Source: Lingula anatina
Lineage: Eukaryota; Animalia; Brachiopoda
Length of the DNA stretch: 64,000 nt
Assembly (NCBI GenBank): GCA_051362555.1
Contig: CM120647.1
Coordinates: 2,542,001-2,606,000, forward strand
Direction: 5' to 3'
The notes beneath the pieces were generated by a model. The model had not been told where the DNA came from. It saw only the letters and a list, made by a program, of their open reading frames with translations, and searched no databases. This document shows positions 53,431 to 64,000 of this stretch, piece after piece (positions within the stretch are counted from its first letter, which is position 1; every line of letters starts with the position of its first letter). The translations under genes were made by a program, and so were the position numbers.

Positions 53431-56400
53431 TCCCTGATCCAAGTTTTGTTGGCTATGTCTTGACATAAGGAAGGCTTTAATATAGTGTAAGTGACAAACA
53501 GCTTACACTTTGTGCCATATTATAGTATATAAGTTAAACAGCTTACACTCTGTGCCATATTATAGTATATAAGTTAAACAGCTTACACTCTGTGCCATAT
53601 TATAGTATATAAGTTAAACAGCTTACACTCTGTGCCATATTTAAATCCCAGAAAGGCTTGGCTCGCACACTGAAAGGTTCCACTGACTTATTGAGGCGTC
53701 CAAGTTTCATCTTTTCATACCGAGGCTGCACAATTTCCTTGTTGATACAAAGCAACCTTCTGTCAAAGTCTGCCCCTCCAACATTCACATCCTGAAACAG
53801 AGATTTCCAGGAAATAATGCTTTTGTTGTATAATGGTATAGTTCATTGTTAGTCAGCAAAGAATCATAAAGCAATAAACAAAATGATAAATAAAACCATT
53901 TCTCAAATCTGTTGAATTCATGGTTTATGAAAGTATGTTAACCAATAGTCACTTTTTAGACTTACTATGAACTCTCACTTATCTATCCACTATCATGAAA
54001 TGTGAACTTCTCAAAATAATTTTCAAATATAGAAAAAAATACAACACACTTACAATTTTTAATATATAAACATATAGACAGTCAATGAAAACGCATCATT
54101 TATTTATCAAATAATATTTAAAGTTCCTTTGGCACATTAACAAAATAACATTTTTCATGTGAAAAATGACCCATTATTCAGTCACACAAGGTGAAATAAA
54201 GGTCAGAAAAGATCATTAAAATGCAAGGTCACATGATTAAATCTCTTTGGTTCTGCCCAGTCTCCAGCATCCCCAGGGCCAGCAGTCGCTCTTCCAGTGT
54301 CAGACGTGGCATCACTGAACTTTTTTGTCATGTGTCATACTGTATTTGGTGACTACCTTAAATAGGCTTAATTAATCACCATATTGAACCGGATTAATTC
54401 ACACCAATCACAAGACAGGAAAAACACATGATTTTGTAACAGCTGATCACAAAATCACTGAAGCAGAAATTTTAAACATCGAGTGGACAGCCCTCTCTCT
54501 TATGACCAAGTGCATTTGTACTCGTTTATATAGTTGGAATTGATTCTCTGTAAATAAGTACAAGAAAGTTTTTTTGATGCATTTTCATTGACTGTCAGTA
54601 TATCTATATGGACTTACCTCAAACCTTATTATATCATAGATGAGATATCTAGGGACAGATTTGCCATCCACTTCATCCATGATCATTTCCTAAATATAGA
54701 GAGGATATTTGTATGTTAGGGTCATGATGGTGCCTCATGGAAAAGTCTGTGTTATTCCACAGACAGAAATCTCATATGAAAAAAAAAGTATAAAAATGAA
54801 AATTAAACACTACAATGTACTTTACACTTGCTATTACTACACAAAAACTAGCAAGAAAAATTTGTAAAATTATCTGTGTTAATTTTCATGGAAATAACGG
54901 ATCAGCTTTCTCTTTCATGGAACATCTTAAAAATGCCAAATCGAATGTTAGAAAAAATGTAAAGAAAAAAAAAAAGAACTTCATAACTTCATTATATATT
55001 CCAATATGAATGGTTTTCCAACTCAAGTTGTGTTTTACTCTGTAGTAAAACAAAGCTGTCAAATGTACAGACAAAATGCAGAAAATAATGATACACAAAT
55101 TAGATATTTTGTCAATTTTGATGCAAAAATACATAATGCTTAGCAACAAAGTCAACACCAAATTTTACTTATGCACATAGCACCAGACTTCACACCCATG
55201 AGAGTTGAAATTCATACAATGAAAATCTCACATAAAAAATGCATAAATTCAAGGAAGAAAAACAACCCAATCAAGGTGGTTTTCCAATTTGAGCTGTATG
55301 TCAATCCTAAGAATCATTCTTTGAAGTTTAAAAATAATAAGTAGCACAGTTTTCCTTTTATAACATTTGTGGTGGCAATGCACAAAATAGGTTTCTTTTG
55401 TCAATTCTGATGCAACATTACACAGTGATTTACAGCATAATCACCACAATTTGAAAATCATCAGTGACATGGTTTTCATAATAATTAACACAGTTTTCTC
55501 ATGTTCACAAGTTAAATCTAATTCCTGGTGTTGCTAATGGCTGACAGATAGTGATAGCAATATGTTCAACCTGTCCATAAAAACATCATTCACACTGGCA
55601 AACACACATGTATAACAATTAGCTACCCCGTCAACTAGAGTCTTGGATATGTGGGCTTCTAGATTTTTCCTTTTCGGGAAGCAAAGATTTGTAACATGGA
55701 AAACACAGTTGTCTCTGTCCACCATAAATATCCTATTTTTACCATCTATAAGCATCAAGTACCTAAAATGATAAAAAAATATACATTAAATGTACGAATG
55801 TAATACTGACTATCAAAATTTTTAGCAAAAGGGGTTGACTTATTAAAATTTAAACTACTGTGTCTTGGTTTGTCTACACTATCACTTTAAGGCCATGTTA
55901 CACCAGGCTCGAGTCCACTTGGAGCACCAATGTCAGCAGACTCTCTCACATGGTGAACATAAGAAAAGCATGCAATATTCAATATTCATATAATATAATA
56001 TTTGTTATTATATGAATATGATGCTGACTATCAAATATTGTCAAAACTGTGAAGGACTTGAGAGAGGTTCTTCTAGAATTCACAAGGACATTGTAACAGG
56101 GTATTTAACAACTGTACAACACCTCTTCTTAAGTCAGCTGGTTTTCTTCACCAATCATGGAGTTCATTCTCTGACAATTACAAGATACATAGTTTCTAGA
56201 AGGAATGTATATGAAGTGGGAAAAGATTTCTTTCTTATAACAACTAGCAATTCACCTGACCTTGACATTTTACTTTTATCTGACATGGCCTTGACATTTG
56301 ACCTTTACCTTACCTGACTCCATCTGCTTTCCAGCTGACTTTAAAAGGTTTCTGAGTGAGAAGAGAGAGGTTTTTAAGATCCATGGACACAGGCTGGGCG

Positions 56401-56457
56401 CCGGGAAAACCTGATCTGAATAGAAAAGTCACTTAACTTATCAGATGAACTAAACAA

Positions 56458-56489
<32 letters not shown>

Positions 56490-59400
56490 TCATCATTATT
56501 TTTAATTTTATAATATTTATTTATATTTTTATATCATATATGTATTTTTACAATAAATATATTTTAAGTCTAAAATACATAACAAATGTTCAACAGACTT
56601 AAAATAAAGAGAATGCTTAAATATACAAATAATCAATATACAAAATCAAAAAAAATAAAAATGTTGTGTTTGTAGATAAAAATATAGTAGTTCACTGTGA
56701 TTCTTTTTCACAAACATTTCGTAACCCTTAACCCCCTAGTCCACACTTACTACTAATTCCACAACCAGCCAAAAATTGATAAAATCCCAGGGTTCTTACT
56801 CCAATTGTGATAAATTCTTCAAGCTCCTAACTGATTCTTTTTTATTCTCAGTCAGTTCTAGCAATTTTTGAGAGATAGTGAAATTGGGACAAAAGTTTTG
56901 AGCTGTTCAAAATATTGGTCCTGAACTCCAGAATGCAAAAGATCTTGAATTATTCTTAACAAACCCACGGTACATTCTTAGATATCGTAACTGATTTCTA
57001 GTACATTTTTAGCCATTCTTATGTATTCTTACTTTAAGCTGGGAATTGTAAAGCATTTGTCTAACCACAATTTGAGTACAATTCTGTAAAGTAGAGGTGA
57101 GGGGCTTTTTATACCTGTCTTGAGGGAACATTCCTCGAAAATCCAGATTACACTTCCAATTGTGCCATAATCCTAGGTGCATTCAGCAGATACTTCACTT
57201 TCTCTTAACTGAATCCTAATATTTGTGAAGTATTCCTAATTCATTCTTGCAAATCATAACTACTTTATCAATTCCTGGTGGTTTGTGGAATTTGTAGTTG
57301 ATGAGGAATTGGGGCATTAGAATGATGTAATTAAATCAAGGGAGATGATAACATGTGAAGAGATTTCTTTACTTCTCCCATCCACAGTATTTCTGGCAGC
57401 ATTGCTGTATATGTGCCAGTCTGGGCTGGTCCTGCACTGGGTGAACACCTGACACCAGGCCATCCATGAACTGAGCATCCTGACAGAAAAAACAGCTTCT
57501 ACAACTATAATGTGAGTGACACAGAGGCAAGTCAGCAAACCTGTCTAATGCACAGACATAATGCAGACAATAATAATGCCAGTGCACTATATAGTTTTTG
57601 GTAAACTTTCATACAATATTACATAATGCTTTACAGCAGAATCACTGCCAAATGTTCATAATGTACTGCAAGAGACATGGATGTCCAGAAACTGTAAATA
57701 CCTAAGTAAAGGGCTTCAGTCCCACAGGATTTCAAAGTCATACAATGAAAATGCTAATTTGTAAATTAAAATCTGAAAATAATGTGATAGTGCAGAAAAT
57801 TATAAGTTTTTTGTTAATTCTGATGTAATATTACTTAATGCTTAACAGCGTAATCACCACCCATTTTTCATTGTGTAGCACACGTAACATGGACATTCAG
57901 AAAACATAACTTACATAGGCCTTCAGTCCCATGGGACTGCAAAGTCACAGATATATCCCTTAATTGCCTTCTTTCTTTCTTTTTTATTCATTTTCCTTGT
58001 TAGTTTTAAGTATTTGTGTGACAGTGTAATGACAATGTTTTGATTTCTTTCACTATTCCCAACCTTTTTATCAATTTCTTTTCTCCGTTTCCTTCCTCCT
58101 TCCCCCTTCCCAATAGCTGCTTCCTCCAGGGGCTGTCCATCATCATCCACCTCACCATTGTCTTCATAGCACCAGTCAGGGAGGGGCGGGGCAGTGGGTG
58201 TGTCCTCTATGTCACCATAACGACTGAATAAATCTGACAGATATTCTTGTTTGTATATGCCTGGAGGTCTTGCCTGAATTAAAAAAAAAATACATATCAC
58301 AAACTAAGTTGTTTGGTTCCTATAAAATGAAAACGACTCAAAAACAAGGTAACCAAACTGTCAAATGAACAGACATAATGCAGAATATAATGATGCACAA
58401 AATAGGTTACTTTGTCAATTATGATGCAATATCACATAATGCCTAGCAACAAAATCACCACCAATCTTTTATTATCAAGTTTTATGAATATTCATCAGGT
58501 CTGAAAGTTAAAAACTTAATGTGTTATTTCTGAAAGTGCATGGCAACAAGAGCCACAACAGACACAGGTGACGGCTCTCTGTACAGACAAGAAAGCCAAA
58601 TGAATGAACATGAACATACAAACTGCTACATAAATCTGTCAAAAAGTGTTAAATTAAGTTTTTCTTATATTGTTTTTGTTACCAAGCCTGCTGATATTGA
58701 AAAAAAAATGCTAAAATGCAAAGAAAGTATTATCAAATAAAAATTTATCTTATGGCATAAGAACAGTTTTCGACAGTTTGATTTATATCAAGAAAATATC
58801 AATTAGAGCACAAAGTTAAGTTACTTGACACTAATACTGAGTGAATAAATTACAAAATAAATCAAATTTTATTTACCTGATTAAATGTGTGTACTGCTGC
58901 CTCAATGCTTCATGAAAAATATATTAATAATAGTTAAAACAAGCATTCAGCTATGGCTTTGTCATGAAATATCATGAAGTAGTCATACATCAATAATACT
59001 TTAAGTTTTTAACATATTTACATGCTAACTTTACATTGTTTAAATACAAAACCTTGGAATGTCACAAAAATTGCATCTTTAAAGAAAAAACTGTCACGTT
59101 TTGTGAAACATCATAAAATCTGGTCACAGCTACTGGTACTAAAATTTATGATTCATAATGCCATTATATTAATACAACAACTTTCCAATCGCTATTACAT
59201 GCATGATGTTTCAAAGAAACAATGACTGTAGTTTTCTACATCATAATATCCAAATCAGCATCATTCACTGTAAGATCCACAGTTACAGAGGACAGTGGCT
59301 GACACACTCAGTAGAAACACTAAGACTGAACACTGTGCAGCACCTCCAGTCCATTCTCTCCACCAGGTAAGCTATGGTCAGGAAGCCAGTCCTGTTGAAG

Positions 59401-61264
59401 CCATGGGTGCAGTGGACTCCTGAAGTCAGAGAACAACAGTGATGAACAGAGTTGTGCTACTGCCTCTGGTACAGATACACTAACATCACAACTTGTCAAT
59501 ACCTCTGACCAGGACAGAAAGTGGGCTGGTCATAAGTTGGTCAATCGTCTAGGAAGAACAGGGCACAGGGGTTCACAGTAATTGGAGTGGAGCTTTTAAA
59601 CCAATTTTCAAAAAGCTATCCAAGCTTATCGACTCAAGAATTTTTACCCCGCAACAAGGCCCTTAAAACATCATATACACTTAAAAAGTTTTTGAAGTTG
59701 TCTAAAAATTAATTCCTTGTAATTTATTTATATGTTGCCACTTTACTACTGACATTATTGTATCAGACTTGCATTATCAATCAAAGCTGTGATATTTCTA
59801 AACATCATAATATTCATATTACTAGTAATAGTGCTCTATCATACTGCTGTAGACCAATGTAAGGTGAATAGAGGGTGGGTTTTTCACTGGAATGGCCCTC
59901 AACACATACCTATAACTTCAAGAGGCTTTTGTCGTATGAAAGTTTCACAAACATTAAGGAAGGCCTGAGTCTGTTCAACTGAAGGTGCACTTCCATGCCT
60001 ACAACAGAAATATGATTAATTACAAAATGACACCATATACTGAAAACAACATAGAGTAAATGCTATTATGATATCAGTGAAATAATTTGCAAAGCAATTC
60101 TGAATCAAGTTTCCAGTGTGTCACTTTGCCAAATGAGAATGTATACCATTGAATTCTTTCACCTTAAGTTACTTAGAGCAATGTCCCTGCTAGTCCTCAT
60201 GAGAAGTTCACAGCAGACATCTTGTCTGGCATACCTCACAGGGATAGAAGAAGAGGGATGAAGAAAAAGATGAGAAATGAAGGAAGGAGGGGGGGGGGAT
60301 AACAGCATGACTCAGGTAAAGACTTAAAACAGAAATTACTGTCATACCCTCTGCACTGCAGTTTCAGGTATTTACAATCAAACTGCTTTTCAACTACAGC
60401 ACTGTTGTAAAACCTTGTGGTATTGGTCAAGTCAATTAATAAGCCCATTTTAACCTGAAATAAAAATACATCATTTTCAGCCTACTGTTATCAATTGTGG
60501 TGAATGCTGAGGAGAAAAATCATTTTGCTCAGATAATTAAAACAAAACATTTCAATTATAAATACCAAGAGACATAAACATATTATTAGTTTTGAACATT
60601 GGACATGGCACTTTTTCATGAATTCACTGCATCAAATTAAAGAAGAACATTTTGCCTGGAATGTCACCTTATAACTTTTGAGTGAGGCAAACAGCAGGTC
60701 CAGGTCAAATCTGTTGGCCTCTGGGACCTGGTCATTGTAGCGGCTGTCTAGAGGGGTCTTGAATGGGATGAATTTTTCTGTAAAAATAAATTAACAAATA
60801 AATAAAAAGAGCCATCTCGAAAATCGTTAAGGAAAAAACCAATTTCTGCTGGTGAAAACAGAGACTAGTGAAATCTTGGACTCGATCTCAATTATCTAAG
60901 ATGAGCCATTTTCTATTCTCTAATTGATGTGAGTAGATGTTGTTCCTTACTGGGAGTGCAGAGGCCAGTATACAGAAAGAAGCTTTCAACTTAGTTCCAA
61001 GGTTGTAAGCAAACAGTAAAAAAAAAATTCAGCTTGTGATAGATAGTTGTTTCTTATTATTCAACTGCCAAGTTAATGGCTATTTCCGCATATAAACTTT
61101 TTGTTTTGTTTTTACCTGCTATCAATGCCCCTTTCCTGGGACATTCCAACCATCTGGGTGGTATTGGTAGACTGCCTCTCTGCAAACACAGTCAATCTTC
61201 ATAAAACATTGGACTTGAAGGATTATAAATACATGGTACCAATTAATAGCAACTGAATTAAACA

Positions 61265-61295
<31 letters not shown>

Positions 61296-62451
61296 ATTAA
61301 TAGTGTCAGCATCCTATACTGTGGGGTGGTTGCTGCAGTATAGTCCAGGTATATCACAATCCGCTAGGGGCGCTACAGTAGTAACTATCCAGGGGCAGTG
61401 AAGTGTAAAACTGATATCGGCCTGCTGACAGCTCGCCTATGGCACCCCTTTTTTAAATCTCTCTTTTAGCGCCGTGTAAATAAACAAATACAAGCCATTT
61501 ACTAGATAATCTGTAAATCAAAGAGTAAATTCCGGTCACGTGATTTTCTGTATTGCAGTCTTAGAGAACTTTGATTTGAGGACGTCTTTAAGTTTTGCCT
61601 CGACAAAATGTTAAAAATTTCAGATAAGTACTGCATGGATGTTTTTGTAATTTATTGTGTGTAAAGTTCATGAAATTTGCAATATTATGCCGAAAAATCA
61701 TGAAAATTGAACCATGCGAAGTATAGTTTATTTGATGTGCAAAATTTATAGTACATGATTTGCACGGAAGCCATCCCATCCATGTGCTTGTGTGGTCGCC
61801 AATTTGGGTTTGTTTCCGGGTCATTAGATTAACATACAGCCCTAATTGCCCTAATTGGTCACAAGCAATTTGAGCTGCAGCTACAGCTGAGTGATCACCG
61901 CTGGTCAGTAGTTACAGGTTTTTAGCTGAAGAGTGTGGACACTTTTGGTGAATTTTTGCAGTTAAAAAACTTCAATATCTTTGTTGCTTGTTGGAATATT
62001 TTGAAAATTCCAAAAGAATTCATCTGTTTTTTGTATTACCTTTCAGAAGATATAAGTTTAATAATTTTCTGATCAGTTTGAAAAAATTTCTGATATAAAT
62101 GTCTGGACTCGATGAGAATTTCACCTACATGCACATACTGAGGTGTAAAAATAGGCTAATCACAAGTATTTCAGTACCTCCCTTACTTTTATGTCTGGGT
62201 AGATAATTTTAGCTATAAATACAGACTAAAAACGTGATTAAACCCCGTGGTTTGAACTATATTACTTCTACTGGCGTTATAAATTTCCTATAACCTTGTG
62301 TTTGTTGCTTGAGTTCCACTTGCTAGTGCCAAGCTGCTGTGTGGATGAAGTGCCGAATGGGACAAGTGGCTACCATAATTTGACGTGAAATGCTGATACA
62401 AAATTCCTACTACTGGGATAAGGTTGATAAGCAATTTACCTTCTGGTTCAT
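50475..62451 (-). CDS. RNGTT: mRNA capping enzyme (RNA triphosphatase + guanylyltransferase), 17 coding exons, ~607 aa
   Basis: Motifs: [25 protein letters not shown], catalytic [29 protein letters not shown], motif [41 protein letters not shown]. Exons: 62440-62451 (MNQK, least certain), 61116-61179, 60668-60777, 60348-60454, 59910-59998, 59344-59419, 58877-58907, 58064-58273, 57373-57479, 56314-56415, 55627-55762, 54618-54689, 53627-53791, 52866-52943, 52251-52351, 50926-51122, 50475-50641. Confidence 0.96.
51700..53449. repeat. Two dispersed ~180-bp copies (51700-51878 and 53267-53449) in different RNGTT introns
   Basis: Shared ggttgcttcacaattacagcatg...gctttgctgtcatgttctatcatttagaa...ctatcctcttctaa(TC)n(AC)n...tttccctgatccaagttttgt. 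Confidence 0.88.
52596..52811. mobile_element. Tourist-like (PIF/Harbinger) MITE, 216 bp
   Basis: Imperfect ~30-bp TIRs (gagcccattcccacagatatttagatcgatc / gatcgatctaaatctgtgggaatgcagtc), flanked by a TTA target-site duplication (52593-95, 52812-14). Confidence 0.85.
53496..53641 (-). repeat. 40-bp minisatellite, ~3.6 copies, spanning the RNGTT exon 13 donor
   Basis: Unit (minus) = aatatggcacagagt|GTAAGCtgtttaacttatatactat. Confidence 0.93.
55053..58467. repeat. Locally dispersed, diverged ~100-bp repeat family (>=5 copies) in RNGTT introns
   Basis: Core ctgtcaaatg.acagaca.aatgcagaa.ataatgat.cacaaa...ttgtcaatt.tgatgcaa...cataatgc.tagcaacaaa.tca.cacc at ~55055, 55378, 57541, 57775 and 58358, all in the same orientation. 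Confidence 0.75.
56731..57316. mobile_element. Degenerate MITE (possibly PIF/Harbinger), ~590 bp
   Basis: Imperfect ~50-bp inverted ends (actactaattccacaaccagccaaaaattgataaa vs revcomp actacaaattccacaaaccaccaggaattgataaa), with TTA at both flanks. Confidence 0.55.
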
Positions 62452-62736
62452 TTTTTGCCAGTAAATCCTAGGAAATTGAACAACAGTTTGTTTTGACTGA
62501 GTTGCCAGTTGGATTCAGCTGCCGGAGTTCACGACCGGAAGTAAATAAAATGTCTTAGCATCATGGGTGATATTTTAAAACTACCAAGCATTAAGATTTA
62601 TCATTGATTACCAAAAGTATCCAAACCATAGAGAGTATAATGCTTTGCAAATGAATGACAGTAAAAAAAAAAACATATATCTTACATTAGTGCTAATATT
62701 ACATCTCGCTTTAACACGGGAATGTACGAGACCAAG
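62452..62736. promoter_or_regulatory. Putative bidirectional promoter for RNGTT and the downstream gene
   Basis: The divergent ATGs are ~285 nt apart. There is an ETS/GABP consensus ACCGGAAGT at ~62534 and local CpGs. Confidence 0.6.
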
Positions 62737-63078
62737 ATGTCAGCGCCCATTAGTTACACGTTTGTTGCAGAATGCATTGAGCGTTAAACTTTACTTTATG
62801 CTCGGATGAAATAAATCTGCAATTTTAGATAGTTTTAATTTAAGGTATTTAAACTATTGAGTAGGTCAACAGATATGGGTAAAAACAAAAGCAGGAGTTT
62901 GAAGAAGTTTCAAAAGCAAGCTGTCTCAAGGCCGAAAAAAGTTTTGAAAGACAGAAAAGCTAGCTCAAACTCAACACAAAATGTCAGGCAACTTGTAACG
63001 TGGAAATCTAAAGGAAAGGCGAAAAATGTACAGAATACCGATTCAGAGTTGGAAGAAGTTACTGCTGGATATGAGAAG
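62737..63078 (+). CDS. 5' part of an unidentified gene with a Lys-rich N-terminus; no further exon was identified, so it probably continues beyond the window
   Basis: Exon 62737-62759 (MSAPISYT, AAGATGTCAGCGCCC context) splices in phase to 62865-63078 (STDMGKNKSRSLKKFQKQAVSRPKK...AGYEK|GTAACC). An alternative start is ATG 62875. Confidence 0.6.
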
Positions 63079-63451
63079 GTAACCGTAGACTTCTGATAAA
63101 TCTGTTTTAATTTAATCATTATTTTTCAGTCAGCTAAGACCGAAGTGTTGTGTTTGTTTTGGTATTTTTTTTCTCTAAGCCTCCATACCTACTGCCACAT
63201 ATATAGCCTCAGATCAAACTATGTAACCCCAATAAAAATGAATAAGTAAGACGTTTGAGACGTTGAATTTTATTATTATTGACATCTTGTGGCGGTTTAT
63301 GTATCTCGGGGCTCCTTTGGGTCAATGCAGGGTCTTTAAATTAAACTGCAGCTTTTAATGTGTTGTCAGTTCCATTGTTCAGTTGCAATTCAAAGTGACG
63401 TCTGTTGTCATTAAAGGAATTCACCCAGAACCTGTTGGGGCCAACTCTATA

Positions 63452-63480
63452 CCCCCCCCCCCCCCCCCCCCCCCCCCCCC
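63452..63480. repeat. Poly-C tract (~29 nt)
   Basis: Directly visible homopolymer. Confidence 0.9.
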
Positions 63481-64000
63481 AGCACATACACACATCCCAC
63501 AGAAATACTGTACTGTACTGTAGTATAATTATAATATTTGAAATGGTGTAACATATTCAAAAAGCATCAATTATTAACTATTGGTGTTTTTTTATCTCTT
63601 ATTAAAAATAAAATCTTTTTCATGTAATTTTTTCTTGATGTCTTCCTTCCTGCTTTAAGTCATGTAAAAGAGGAGCTTTTGAACAATATACTGAAAGTGT
63701 TAAATCAATTTTTATATTTTGAAGTCAAAAGTAATAATGTGTTTTAATAATTTTAGATATATTTTGAAGTCAAAAGTAATAATGTGTTTTAAAAATGTTA
63801 GATATATGTGCAGTTCCTTAGTCAACAATGCAGATTTTACTTTTATGGGTTGTTATAATGTAAATAGTTTTTCTGGATTGAAGTAGTTTACCACAGGTTG
63901 ACCTTCTCAGTCAATCCAGTTTGATGTCCAGGCTGTGACATGTATAAAGTTTTTACACTGTGTGTTCACCATTGCAGTGGCAGGTTCCTAAAGATGTGGA

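Noticed and set aside
61540-62070. Possible transposon-derived segment in RNGTT intron 1 (similar impression at ~48770-49260)
   Set aside because: The composition is suggestive, but I could not define TIRs or a TSD.
62737-63078. Assigning a nucleolar gene name (e.g. UTP25) to the last gene
   Set aside because: Only a Lys-rich low-complexity N-terminus is visible, with no diagnostic motif.

Overview
AT-rich, intron-dense animal genomic DNA. It is probably an invertebrate such as a mollusc, but this is an inference. I read five protein-coding genes by hand. (1) A complete, frame-consistent 47-exon SMCHD1 orthologue on the minus strand (44650->4620, ~2064 aa). (2) An ~857-aa LRR + ZU5 gene nested antisense in the 11.4-kb SMCHD1 intron 37. 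It is PIDD1-like, but its ZU5 ends in HFC rather than HFS and it has no death domain. (3) A ~464-aa STPR/ZNF821-like gene head-to-head with SMCHD1. (4) A complete 17-exon RNGTT mRNA capping enzyme gene on the minus strand (62451->50475, ~607 aa). (5) The 5' end of an unidentified Lys-rich gene head-to-head with RNGTT. Several non-autonomous DNA transposons and a LINE relic are also present. The most striking pattern is that the tandem repeats are not randomly placed. At least nine unrelated arrays are amplifications of an exon-intron junction itself, giving 2 to ~52 stacked copies of a real splice site, and four more begin within ~40 nt of a junction. Exon coordinates are hand-derived and could be off by a few nt.
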